Shown: positions 1 through 9,209 of the stretch, piece after piece
Layout: every line of letters begins with the position of its first letter
How positions within the stretch are numbered: the first letter of the stretch is position 1
Source of the DNA: an uncultured Planctomycetota bacterium
GTDB taxonomy: Bacteria > Planctomycetota > Planctomycetia > Pirellulales > Lacipirellulaceae
DNA: 64,000 nucleotides
Assembly (NCBI GenBank): GCA_963719315.1
Contig: CAVRBU010000003.1
Location: forward strand, 32,001 to 96,000
Reading direction: 5' to 3'
The notes under the pieces: generated by a model
Databases searched by the model: none
What the model was told of the DNA's origin: nothing
Seen by the model: only the letters and a program-made list of their open reading frames with translations
Position numbers and translations under genes: made by a program

Positions 1-147
1 AGGGGTTTCGCGAGCGCCGTCATGGCGCTAAATTGTCGGCGGCGGTTTGCGTGGCAGGCGTCGTTCTGGATCGCGACCGACGAGTTGCCGCGATCGGAGA
101 TGTAATTACAATTCGTTCTGCTCATGACTGCCGGGCGGATAAGATTG

Positions 148-347
148 ATGCCAATGCTGCACCCCGACTACCGCAACACCCTGGTCGCACACTTGCCCGC
201 CTCGACCGCATGGAACGTGAGACCGATGATATTCTGAGCGGCCCAGCCGATACGGCGCTCGTGGCCCAAGCTGAAGAACTTCGCGAACTCATTGTCGAGA
301 TGCGTGCGAGCGTTGAGGAGAAGCTGGACCGGATTACGGAGGCGTAG
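148..347 (+). CDS. Small hypothetical helical protein (about 66 aa), with a probable 1-nt frameshift near 190
   Basis: ATG148 gives MPMLHPDYRNTLVAH, which joins LARLDRMERETDDILSG...EEKLDRITEA if one base is restored; the stop abuts the SRAP start. Confidence 0.4.
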
Positions 348-773
348 TGATGTGCGGCCGCTTCACCTTGCGCACTCCGCTGTCGGTGCTAGTCGAGCAG
401 TTCGCGATTAAATTGACGGCCGACCAGCAACTTCCGTTATTCGAGCCGCGGTACAACATTCCGCCGACTGTCGATATACCGGCTATCAGATTAACGGACC
501 GTGCACGACGAATCGCATTCATGCGCTGGGGACTTCTGCCGGCGTGGACTAAAGACATCAAGCGTGCGCCCTGCTGAATAACGCTCGCGCTGAAACAGTC
601 GCCGAAAAGCCTTCGTTTCGCTCTGCGTTCAAGAGTCGCCGCTGCCTGATTCCGGCCGATGGTTTTTACGAATGGAAACGCGAAGGGAAGGCAAAACAGC
701 CGTACTACTTTCGTCGGCCGGATGAGCGGCCGTTTGCCTTCGCCGGTCTCTGGGAACAGTGGAATAAGATTGA

Positions 774-1691
774 GGACCTATCCCAAAATACGTGAACGGG
801 TGTTATTTCCGTGCGTAGGAAAAGGTGAGGAATGGTTTCCGTTCGAATCTCGTCTTTGCTTGCACGGAGGTGTACATGCACTGCGATTGGCAGGGCAAAT
901 TTGCTTGGATGCCCGAAAAGCTTTGGCGGCAGCTTGAACCCTTGCTGCCGAAGTATCCGCGATCCACGAAGGTTGGGCGACCCCGCGCGAATCTGCGCCG
1001 TTGCCAGCGGCATTCTTTATCTGTTGCGCACCGGCTGCCAGTGGAAGGCGCTGCCGCCACAATTTGGCAGCCCCAGTACCGTTCATCGCTATTTCCAAGA
1101 GTGGACTCGCCTGGGTATTTGGCAACGGTTTTGGAAACGGGTGCTGGGGAAGTACGATCAGAAGCGCGGCATCGCTTGGCGCTGGCAGTCGGTGGACGGC
1201 GCGACAACTAAGTCGCCGCTGGGAGGGGAAAAAAACCGGGAAAAACCCCACCGATCGAGGTAAGCTCGGAGTCAAGCGATCGGTCTTGACCGACGCCCGC
1301 GGCGTTCCTCTGGGCGTCGCGATTGACGGCGCCAATGCTCACGACCAACGTCTTCTGCGCGACACGCTTCGCTCCATCCCGATTCGACGACCCAGCCGTC
1401 GGCGCAAGCAGCACCTGTGTCTCGACAAGGGATACTTTGGCGAACCGTCGACAGCTACGGCGAATCGTTTCGGGTACGTGCCTCACATCCGCTGCCGTGG
1501 CGAGGAGCAGCGTCGCTGTCGCGCCGGCCACAAAGCTCGACGCTGGGTTGTCGAAGCCGCGCATTCTTGGACCAACCGCGCCCGCAGGCTCCTGATCCGT
1601 TGGGAAAAGAAGGCGGCTAACTATCTTGGGTTCGTTCATCTACAATTCGCCCTCATCGCCTTAAGGCGATGTGGAATTTTGGGATAGGTCC
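774..1691 (+). mobile_element. IS5-family insertion sequence (IS427/IS1031-like), 918 bp
   Basis: Perfect 16-bp terminal IRs GGACCTATCCCAAAAT / ATTTTGGGATAGGTCC; 3-bp target duplication TGA at 771-773 and 1692-1694. Confidence 0.95.
909..1687 (+). CDS. IS5 transposase (DUF4096-type N-terminus + DDE), two frames joined at an A7 slippery run
   Basis: W..LEPLLP...GRP, ILYLLRTGCQW..LP, STVHRYFQEW, SVDG, GGEK(T)GKNPTDRGKLGVKR, TDARGVPL, LDKGY, RWVVE, RLLIRWEK. A7 at 1229-1235; an additional 2-nt loss near 995 is a probable sequencing error. Confidence 0.88.
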
Positions 1692-1922
1692 TGAATCTTG
1701 TACGATCATTACGACGGAAGCCAACGAAGTGATGTCACCAATTCACGATCGCATGCCGGTCATACTTAGCCGAAACGACTACACCGTATGGCTCGACCCA
1801 GCGGCGATAGATCCTGGGAAGCTGCTGACGCCATGCCCGGCGGACGAATTGATATGCTATCCAGTGAACCCCGTGGTCAACAACGCTCGCAACCAGGGGG
1901 CACAGTGCATCGAGGCCGTTGA

Positions 1923-2378
1923 ATGAGATTCCGCAAGCTGCGAATCGCGTGGTCGGTGGGGTGGGGCGTGGTAGCCGTGCTGCTGTGTGTTCTGTGGGTG
2001 CGGAGTTACCAAATAGCCGACATCGTGTCGGGGCATATCACGACTTTCAAAACCTTCAGTTTAACGTCGGACAAAGGGCGGTTTCTCGCATGGCTTAACA
2101 CGGCTGCCCCTATCCTTCGTCCTTCTGCTCATTGGCACATGACTTACGTTCCTGGTGTTGTGAGCTGGAAACTTTGGACGTATGGCAAGTTGCCTGTTCC
2201 TTATGCCGGTTGGTACATCCATGCACCTCAAGGGCTGTTCGTATTGTTGGCAGCCGCACTCGCCATAACTCCGTGGATATCGTGGCCTAACCGCTTCAGC
2301 CTCCGAACTTTGCTGATCGCCATGACGCTAATCGCGGTGGTGATGGGGGCGGCTGCTATGATGTTGAGAGGAAGCTGA
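1923..2378 (+). CDS. Hypothetical membrane protein, LWVRSY...RFSLRTLL family
   Basis: ATGA overlap with the SRAP stop; N-terminal TM ending LWVRSY; two C-terminal hydrophobic helices; N-terminus resembles 57974-58495. Confidence 0.75.
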   Translation: MRFRKLRIAWSVGWGVVAVLLCVLWVRSYQIADIVSGHITTFKTFSLTSDKGRFLAWLNTAAPILRPSAHWHMTYVPGVVSWKLWTYGKLPVPYAGWYIHAPQGLFVLLAAALAITPWISWPNRFSLRTLLIAMTLIAVVMGAAAMMLRGS

Positions 2379-2414
2379 GGGAGGCGCGGTAGGATGGTGG
2401 CAACTGATAGCTCC

Positions 2415-2559
2415 ATGACTGACACAACTCGCTCTCGCTGGTTTTCGTTTAGGCTTCGTACGCTGCTGGCAGTAATGACCGGCTGCGCCTTCGTTGCTTT
2501 TGTTGCGCAATGGATACTTTCACAGGCGGGCGGCGTGCGAACTGCCATCCTGGTCATAC
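2415..2559 (+). pseudogene. 5' fragment of a membrane protein gene truncated by the IS3
   Basis: MTDTTRSRWFSFRLRTLLAVMTGCAFVAFVAQW runs directly into the IS3 left end; no continuation after the IS. Confidence 0.6.
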
Positions 2560-2631
2560 TGAGGTGCCCCTTCAAACGAGTCCACGACCTGATCCAATCA
2601 GGTTCAGGACACAACCGAAGGAGGGCATTCG

Positions 2632-2913
2632 ATGCCACGAGCGAAGAAGCATTCTGCGGAAGAGATCATCCCAAAGCTCCGCGCAGCGGAGCTGGAGATC
2701 GCCAAGGGCCGGACAGCGGCCGAAGCCGCCAAGAAGATCGGTTTCACAGAGCAGACGTACTATCGTTGGCGAAAAGAGTACGGTGGACTGCGGACCGACC
2801 AAGCGAAGCGGCTGAAGGAACTGGAGAAAGAGAACTCTCGGCTGAAGCGACTCTTGGCTGATGCGGAGTTGGATATGGCGATCTTGCGAGAGGCCGCCTC
2901 GGGAAACTTCTGA
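2632..2913 (+). CDS. IS3 transposase OrfA (HTH + leucine zipper)
   Basis: EQTYYRWRKEYGG...KRLKELEKENSRLKRLLAD; slippery G GGA AAC at 2901-2907. Confidence 0.92.
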   Translation: MPRAKKHSAEEIIPKLRAAELEIAKGRTAAEAAKKIGFTEQTYYRWRKEYGGLRTDQAKRLKELEKENSRLKRLLADAELDMAILREAASGNF

Positions 2914-2936
2914 GCCCGGCGAAGCGGCGGCAAGCA

Positions 2937-3815
2937 GTGGAGTATGTCCGAGATGCGCTCGGACGCCACTGTGTGACCGAACGCCGGGCGTGCCGCATCT
3001 TGGAACAGCCGCGTTCAACCCAGCGTCGCTGTCGGCATGTTCCGAGTGACGAGCCGCGATTAATAAGACGAATCGTCGAACTGGCGACGGAGTATGGCCG
3101 CTACGGCTACCGTCGCGTTACGGCGCTATTGCATCGGGAGGGTTGGCAAGTGAATCACAAATGTGTCGAGCGGATCTGGCGTCAAGAAGGGTTGAAAGTC
3201 CCGCAGAAGCAGCCGAAGTGTCGGCGGCTTTGGTTAAATGATGGTTCCTGTGTGCGTCTCAGGGCCACTCATCGGAATCACGTCTGGAGCTACGACTTCG
3301 TCGCGGATTGTACGACCGATGGTCGATCGTTTCGGATGCTGGTGATCATCGATGAGCATACGCGGGAGTGCCTGGCGATTGATGTGGCGCGGAAGCTCGC
3401 GAGCGAGGACTTACTGGAGCGGTTGAGTGATCTGTTCATCCGCCGCGGCGTGCCCGACTATGTCCGCAGTGACAACGGTCCCGAGTTCACGGCCCACCGT
3501 GTTCGAGATTGGCTCCAGACCGTCGAGGTGAAGACCTTGTTCATCGAACCTGGTTCACCCTGGAAGAACGGCTATGTTGAATCGTTCAACGGCAAGCTTC
3601 GTGACGAACTGCTTAACCGTGAAGTCTTCGACACGTTGCTCGAAGCGAAGGTGCTCATCGAGCGCTGGCGGACGGCGTACAACACGGTCCGACCACACAG
3701 TTCGTTGGGCTACCAACCACCAGCGCCGGAAGCGACCCAGCCCTGTTCGCTCGCTTCGGCTACGCCTCAGCAAGCGAACAGGGCTGGTCTGTTGGAAATC
3801 CCAACCCTAACTTAG
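2937..3815 (+). CDS. IS3 transposase OrfB (rve DDE), fused to OrfA by -1 frameshift
   Basis: RYGYRR, WSYDF, RSDNGPEF, NGYVESFNGKLRDE, YNTVRPHSSLGY; the -1 frame is open from 2901. Confidence 0.92.
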   Translation: MEYVRDALGRHCVTERRACRILEQPRSTQRRCRHVPSDEPRLIRRIVELATEYGRYGYRRVTALLHREGWQVNHKCVERIWRQEGLKVPQKQPKCRRLWLNDGSCVRLRATHRNHVWSYDFVADCTTDGRSFRMLVIIDEHTRECLAIDVARKLASEDLLERLSDLFIRRGVPDYVRSDNGPEFTAHRVRDWLQTVEVKTLFIEPGSPWKNGYVESFNGKLRDELLNREVFDTLLEAKVLIERWRTAYNTVRPHSSLGYQPPAPEATQPCSLASATPQQANRAGLLEIPTLT

Positions 3816-3844
3816 AGACTGGTTCCTTACCCGGGGGCGCCTCA

Positions 3845-4300
3845 ATGCCGGAGTCAGCAAGGACACGGTAAACCGGGTCAGTTCCAATACCGCGGCCCGA
3901 ATCTTCGCAGAGACGATGCCACGGACCGGAAACAAACCCCTTCAATTGTTCACCGAAGGGGAGACTCTCCGCTCCATCCACGGCACGAGTTACACCCGCG
4001 TCTACGACGCGGATCTCGTGTCGCTGTTGCGGGAATTCGCCGTTGATTTTCAGCCGCCGCAACGCGGCATGAACGGTGCGACCGGGCTCTATTGCGGTGA
4101 GCAGGACATGTTCTGCTTTCTCATAGACCCGGCAGGCTGGACGGAAATCGACGGTGAGGCCTTCGCCCCCGGCTTCTTCCTTTGGAACAGCGAGGTCGGA
4201 CGCCGCTCGCTGGGCATTCAGACTTTTTGGTTCCAGGCAGTCTGCCAGAACCACATCGTCTGGGATGCCGTGGAAGTTGCCGAGTTCAAGCGAAAGCACA
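3845..4300 (+). pseudogene. Internal fragment of a DUF932-like mobile-element protein
   Basis: Frame open from the IS3 end: AGVSKDTVNR...LRSIHGTSYTR...GFFLWNSEVGRRSLGIQTFWFQAVCQNHIVW...RKHT; family-like sequence stops near 4300. Confidence 0.65.
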
Positions 4301-4580
4301 CGGTTACGGAAAGCGATTGCCAAAACTCGTTATCGCGTGACAGTGCCGTTTATCGACCCTTTGATGAAAGTGGTGACTTGCCGGCACGAGGTTCATTCCC
4401 AAAGGTAAGATTCGTTTTTCATATCGCGTCGAGCGAAATAACTCAGGTACCCAAGGCAGATGAGGTGCCGGGGCGTGGTTCAGTTTTCTGACCCCGTGGG
4501 GCCCCCCGGCAAGGTTCGATCACGGCTCAAGCGCAGCAAACCTGCCAACGCCACCCGCCGCTGCATATGTCACGTCCCTT

Positions 4581-4907
4581 TTAGTCGTCGTGCTCGATCG
4601 GTCTTTCGCTAATGTCAAAGACCAGGTCCACAACTTTGGCCTCAAACCAGTCTCGGAATAATGCCATCGTTCGAGGCGTCGGCCAGTCGGTGATGTCCCG
4701 ATGCCAGGCTTCCAATTGCTCCTCAAAGATCGAGGCGAAGCATCGTCGCAGAATGCGGTTCGGCTCCTCATCCTCTCCAGCTTCGACGAGATAGACCGAA
4801 GTCCACGCCTCGGTGGTTTCCGGCATCCCGCCTTCGAGCGAACGAGCCCATTCAAAGAACGGCGCCTTTGGTCGGACTACAACAGCGGCACGGTTGATGG
4901 AATGCAC
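4581..4907 (-). CDS. Conserved hypothetical acidic protein (108 aa)
   Basis: INRAAVVVRPKAPFFEW...IFEEQLEAW...WP.PRT..LFRDWF; natural protein composition, GGA upstream of ATG. Confidence 0.8.
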   Translation of the reverse strand: MHSINRAAVVVRPKAPFFEWARSLEGGMPETTEAWTSVYLVEAGEDEEPNRILRRCFASIFEEQLEAWHRDITDWPTPRTMALFRDWFEAKVVDLVFDISERPIEHDD

Positions 4908-5240
4908 AACTCAGGTCCGCCAATGGAATGCACGGTCACTCGGCCAAGCGTACCAAATGCCAGCCAATGCGAACACGTGCTGGATACGGCGGTGTATGTT
5001 AAATTCGGACAACCAAAACAAACTGTGCCTAAGATGGCGGCTGTTCCCGCGTCCCTCTCCGGCAAACCATCGTCGCCAAGTACCTATTGGGAATTGCGGG
5101 AGCGCCGGAGAGGTTCAGCCCGTGCCACTGGCCGCCCGCACCATCGCCAGGATGCCCGCCCTTAGCGCGTCGGGCAGACTTGGCCACGCTTCGACCAGGG
5201 CCGTCAATTCAGGGTCAAACGGGCCGTTCCGCACGCCAAG

Positions 5241-5322
5241 TGCGCCGCTTTCTGCGCCGCGCTCGACTGAACCTATTGAATTCTCCGGGTTCTGCGCATA
5301 TGTTCGGTTCCTGTCACCCCCA
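5241..5322 (+). other. Putative attR of an integrated element: tRNA 3'-end-like core plus arm-type direct repeats
   Basis: GTTCGGTTCCTGTCACCCCCA (5302-5322) resembles a T-loop plus acceptor 3' strand; TGCGCCGC repeated at 5241 and 5253. Confidence 0.5.
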
Positions 5323-5404
5323 GTTGTTTTTTGAGTTAACTTTCGCACGACCGCATTGTTGGCTGATTCGTGCAGTTCATCATTTACTTTGAGCGGAGCC
5401 TACG

Positions 5405-5608
5405 ATGGCTGGTCAGGGGTCGAGTGGAAATGTTCTGGCTGCTTTGTGTAGCTTCTTTATTCCTGGGTTAGGACAATTGCTGCAGGGTCGCCTGCTGGCC
5501 GCGATCATTCAGTTTGTGCTTGCCGCCGCGCTTTGGTTTATCTTTCTGGGATGGATCGTCCATATTTGGTCGATCATCGACGCCGCGAGGTTTAACCCGC
5601 CGGCGTAG
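5405..5608 (+). CDS. Small membrane protein (TM2-like, IPGLGQ motif)
   Basis: GGAG RBS; ALCSFFIPGLGQLLQGR followed by hydrophobic helices. Confidence 0.85.
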   Translation: MAGQGSSGNVLAALCSFFIPGLGQLLQGRLLAAIIQFVLAAALWFIFLGWIVHIWSIIDAARFNPPA

Positions 5609-5858
5609 TATGCCGCGGCTTTACACGACACTGGCTCGGGTCGGATCCGGCACGATCCTTTCGGTCGGTCTTTCCTCATTTCAACCAGAGGCCGACGGAT
5701 CGCGTCCCTTACGGTCGGCGCCCTTCGCGCAACACTCGCCGGCAGCTCGCCACACGGTTTCGCTCGCGCCGGCGACCGGGTAGAATGGCCGCGGCGGTCA
5801 TACCTCGAACCTTTGGCTCGGGGTCAGCCTCCTTAACATCCTTCAAGCTTTTGGCTTG

Positions 5859-5931
<73 letters not shown>

Positions 5932-6283
5932 GTTTTTTCTGGCGTTCTGCGCGCGTCGCTGGCGAGCGGCACGGGTGGAAGTAGGCGTAGGGAACGCTGC
6001 GTGTTTTGTGCTTCCTCTTTGACGCGATTCGGACAAGACATCGCGAAAGCCGAGCGGCGTGCAGTTTTGCGCGAAGGGGTTCGCGCAATGGAAGTCGCAA
6101 GTCGTTGGGCAGCAAGGGAGTCCGATTGTGCGGACGCGTGAAATTTTTTTTTCGCGTGCAAAAGTCCTCCTTTTTGCGCGGCGCTCGAGACGGCAAACCG
6201 CTGGAAATCCAGTGGTTTGGGCGTGCGAGGGTCGTGCAATAGTGGGTGAGTTTGCTCTCTAAGAAGCTGGAATCTGGCAGGAT

Positions 6284-6452
6284 TTAGCTGTCAGCTTTTA
6301 GCTCTTAGCTATTAGCCAGAACAATCGAGCCTGTAAAATGTGGCGTTTTCCGCTATTCCAGTCCTTCGGCCAACTCTGGGCAAAAAGGCGCGAGCGCGTC
6401 GGGAGACCGCGCGCAACCTCTGGCTGATAGCTAACAGCTAATGGCCAACAGC
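6284..6452. repeat. Inverted pair of heptamer tandem arrays (TTAGCTN / NAGCTAA)
   Basis: ttagctg tcagctt ttagctc ttagcta ttagcca ... tggctga tagctaa cagctaa tggccaa cagc. Confidence 0.8.
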
Positions 6453-6644
6453 TTGCTCTAGATTTTCAAGGAGCAAACGCCGTCGCAATGCAGCGTGCTC
6501 GGACTGTAGCATTTTTTAGCCGGCGATTCCACAATTATTTTTGGCCGCGCTGCGATTCATCTTTCATCGCGTTGCGGAGCGTGGCTAGCTTTTCGTTTCC
6601 TCCCAAGGGACTTCTCGCATTACGGCTGAAGCCATCGCCGCGAG

Positions 6645-6748
6645 AAGCCCTGCAAACAGGGCTTGGTGCTGCTCGGTTGGCCCCCACCAACCCGTCGTGA
6701 ACGACGGGCCTAAGACCACCTTCGGTGGAAAGAGCCGTGAACGGCTCT
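6645..6748. repeat. Cluster of four short perfect hairpins (REP/BIME-like)
   Basis: AAGCCCTG-caaa-CAGGGCTT, CCCGTCG-tgaa-CGACGGG, CCACC-ttc-GGTGG, AGAGCCG-tgaa-CGGCTCT. Confidence 0.65.
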
Positions 6749-6823
6749 GCAATCCGCTAAACTGTTATGGAAAACCAAATGAGGTCAGAACTTCTGACGC
6801 CTTTATTAACGATGGCGTCAGGA

Positions 6824-7207
6824 TCAGATACGTTGGACAAAAACGGCCCCGCAGTCGTAGCAGGACTCGTCGAGGCGGCAGCACCGGACGACTTCTACCT
6901 GAAACTCTCGAATCTCAGGAAGCCGGAGGTGAACACGGAGCTTGGGCAACAACTGAATCGGAGAGAAAAAGCGAATGCCGCTTCGCGAGGCGTCGACCGT
7001 ATAGGCGCCGAGATACTTCTCGTCCAAGCGGAGGATCGCTTTTCCGCGCAGATAGAAGCGCGGGTAGGCGCGACGGCATCCCACTCGGGCTGGCAGCGGT
7101 CCTTCTCGCTGGAAAAAGTCCGTCATTTGCGCGGGGATACGGGCGGTCAACTCGACCTGATCCCAGAACGCATCGGCTACTCTTTGCTCATGGCCGAGAT
7201 CCAACAT
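6824..7207 (-). CDS. PilZ domain protein
   Basis: RRAYPR and DASRSG match the PilZ RxxxR and D/NxSxxG motifs; ATG7207 lies within the HD-GYP 3' end. Confidence 0.85.
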   Translation of the reverse strand: MLDLGHEQRVADAFWDQVELTARIPAQMTDFFQREGPLPARVGCRRAYPRFYLRGKAILRLDEKYLGAYTVDASRSGIRFFSPIQLLPKLRVHLRLPEIREFQVEVVRCCRLDESCYDCGAVFVQRI

Positions 7208-8166
7208 TCTAAAACCTCTCGATCGAATTGGGTTCCCGCATGGCGCCGCTGGTAGGCGAGGACGGATTGCGCGCTGGCGGGGCGGCGATATGGCCGACTG
7301 GCTGTCATCGCCTCGAACACATCGACGACGGTCAGCAGCTTCGCCCACGGATGGATTTCGTTCCCCAGAATTCTGACGGGATAGCCTGTGCCGTCGATGC
7401 GCTCGTGGTGCTGGTAGACCATCATCAACTGTCCGAAACCAAGTCCAGGCCGGTCACACAATTCCACATATCCGCGTTGCGGGTGAGATTCGCAGATTTC
7501 GCGTTCCTCCTGGTCGAGCCGGCCGGTCTTCGCGAGGATACTGGCGGGAATGAAACGCTTGCCGATGTCGTGGAGCAAGGCGCCTGCGGCAATTTGTTCC
7601 AATTCCTGGCGGTCCGTCACCCCCAACCGCTCGGCCAGGATCGCGCTGTAGCTGGCCACGTTGGTGACGTGGGTAAAGGTACGGAAATCGTGCCGGGCGA
7701 TGCGAAACAAATCACGCGGCAGCACGTCGCTGGCCGCCAGCAAGCCTACAATTTGACGGCCGACTTTTTCCGCTAGTGAGAGGAATTTTCCGCAGTCGAC
7801 CAGCCGTAGCGAGTGTTCGATTTCGACCGCGACGGCCACTTGCAGTGCGGAAAACTTCTCGGTCTGGGGGACCGCCTCCCGGTGGAGGTACGACTCGATC
7901 GATTCGAGCAAGTCGCTGCCAAAGTGATGGAAATCGTTGTTGCAGATAAAGATGTGCTCGATGCCGGCGTCGGCTAGTTCGGCGAGGTGCTGCGGATCGA
8001 GTTCGCGACCTGCCCGACAGTATAAAGCCGGCGGGCCGTGCGACTCATATTGCACGAATAGGTCGACGGCGGCAGAGTTGACTGAATGCAGCGTGTTGAG
8101 CCGCACCGACACGAAACCGTCGGGGGAATTCGCAGCGTCGTACTTCGCCGCCAGCGCAGGACGCAT
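7177..8166 (-). CDS. HD-GYP cyclic-di-GMP phosphodiesterase
   Basis: LLHDIGK, HHERIDGTGYP, VVDVFEAMT..RPYR, GTQFD; GGGAG RBS before ATG8166. Confidence 0.92.
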   Translation of the reverse strand: MRPALAAKYDAANSPDGFVSVRLNTLHSVNSAAVDLFVQYESHGPPALYCRAGRELDPQHLAELADAGIEHIFICNNDFHHFGSDLLESIESYLHREAVPQTEKFSALQVAVAVEIEHSLRLVDCGKFLSLAEKVGRQIVGLLAASDVLPRDLFRIARHDFRTFTHVTNVASYSAILAERLGVTDRQELEQIAAGALLHDIGKRFIPASILAKTGRLDQEEREICESHPQRGYVELCDRPGLGFGQLMMVYQHHERIDGTGYPVRILGNEIHPWAKLLTVVDVFEAMTASRPYRRPASAQSVLAYQRRHAGTQFDREVLECWISAMSKE

Positions 8167-8471
8167 CGGTCGCTCCCATGTCGAATCTAGATCCCCAATC
8201 TCTCCACGGGGGTCCGCCGGAACACCCGTTCTTAACACCGTAATAGTCTAGGACACAACGGGGGGCACGCGCCCGCCCTACGTTATGGGAAAGCGGCCCG
8301 GATGTTGGAGGCACGTATGGCGGTCGCGCGGGTTCCACACCCACTTGGAGCGATCATGCCGGTGACGCAAATCGCAACGGCAGTATCGGTCGAGCCGGGG
8401 TGATTCGCCAAAAGACAATGGAATCGGATCGACAGGCTGATCGCAACGAAGACGAATAGGAATTCGCGCTA

Positions 8472-8599
8472 GTGCTTTGTCACAGCTTGATTTTGGGATT
8501 AGCCGCGGGGCGCTAGCCCCCGGTTGGAGCGGCACAAACCGGGGGCTAGCGCCCTGCGGCTGATGCGCCCAACCCCAATTTTTAGCTGTGACAAAGCAC
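8472..8599. mobile_element. 128-bp MITE, copy 1 (IS630-like TA-flanked ends, internal REP doublet)
   Basis: TA|GTGCTTTGTCACAGCT ... AGCTGTGACAAAGCAC|TA; internal AGCCGCGGGGCGCTAGCCCCCGGTT...AACCGGGGGCTAGCGCCCTGCGGCT; near-identical copy at 10520. Confidence 0.85.
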
Positions 8600-8703
8600 T
8601 AGGCGTGGCTACCAAGACAGGGAGTTGAAACTCCGCAGTTGACGTTTTCGATTACTGGCGAACTGACCCGGCACTACTTCGCCTGATTCCATCATTGAAC
8701 CGG

Positions 8704-8949
8704 TCAGCATTTGCTGGTTGGTTGGTTCTGAATCACTTTGAGGAGTTCGGCCTCGGTGCGCCGGCGGCCTAGGAGTTCCCAATCGTCGGTGGCTTGTCGC
8801 TTGACGCTGAGCACGAGCCAGGCGCCGACATCGAGCACGCCCGGACGGTCTTGGACGGCTTGCGAAACAATCGACACGTCGGCGAAGCCTTTGGCGATTG
8901 CGGCGGCACGGATTGGGTCGTTAGTTGATTCGGGGGAATTGGTCGTCAT
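8704..8949 (-). CDS. Hypothetical protein (81 aa)
   Basis: GGAGA RBS, ATG start, plausible composition. Confidence 0.6.
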   Translation of the reverse strand: MTTNSPESTNDPIRAAAIAKGFADVSIVSQAVQDRPGVLDVGAWLVLSVKRQATDDWELLGRRRTEAELLKVIQNQPTSKC

Positions 8950-9209
8950 TCTGTCTCCGGTTTTTTGCAGCTCTTATTGTATTGGAAAGTCCTTCATCAT
9001 AGCACATTTGGTCGCCGCCTGCCTCCGCATTTGTGACGAGCCTCAGGGCCTATCAGATTCGTGGTGGGTCTCGCAACTCGCCCCACCCTACAAGCAGGGC
9101 CATTCATTTGTTGAATCTGGGGAAAGAATGGCCCTGGGCGAAATATGAGGGCTCTGGATGCGCGGCGAAGAATCCGAGAGAATGGCGGTCCATCCCCGGA
9201 GTTAAACCC

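Larger units (their letters stand above)
350..1926 (+). pseudogene. yedK: SOS response-associated peptidase (SRAP/YedK, DUF159) interrupted by an IS5
   Basis: N-terminal MCGRF (catalytic Cys2), [33 protein letters not shown], then after the IS ESCTIITT...IHDRMPVIL...VNN. Removing 774-1694 restores AAG ATT GAA TCT TGT (KIESC) in frame. Extra 1-nt indel in a C-run near 570. Confidence 0.93.
2560..3844 (+). mobile_element. IS3-family insertion sequence (IS407-like), 1285 bp
   Basis: TG...CA ends with IRs TGAGGTGCCCC / GGGGCGCCTCA; orfA + orfB; no target duplication. Confidence 0.93.

Noticed and set aside
6767..7255. + strand 162-aa ORF and the many other long antisense ORFs
   Set aside because: Shadow frames of GC-rich genes that have recognisable motifs on the other strand or frame.
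8170..8460. c-di-GMP riboswitch upstream of HD-GYP
   Set aside because: GACGCAAA occurs only on the wrong strand and the GEMM two-hairpin structure is not evident.
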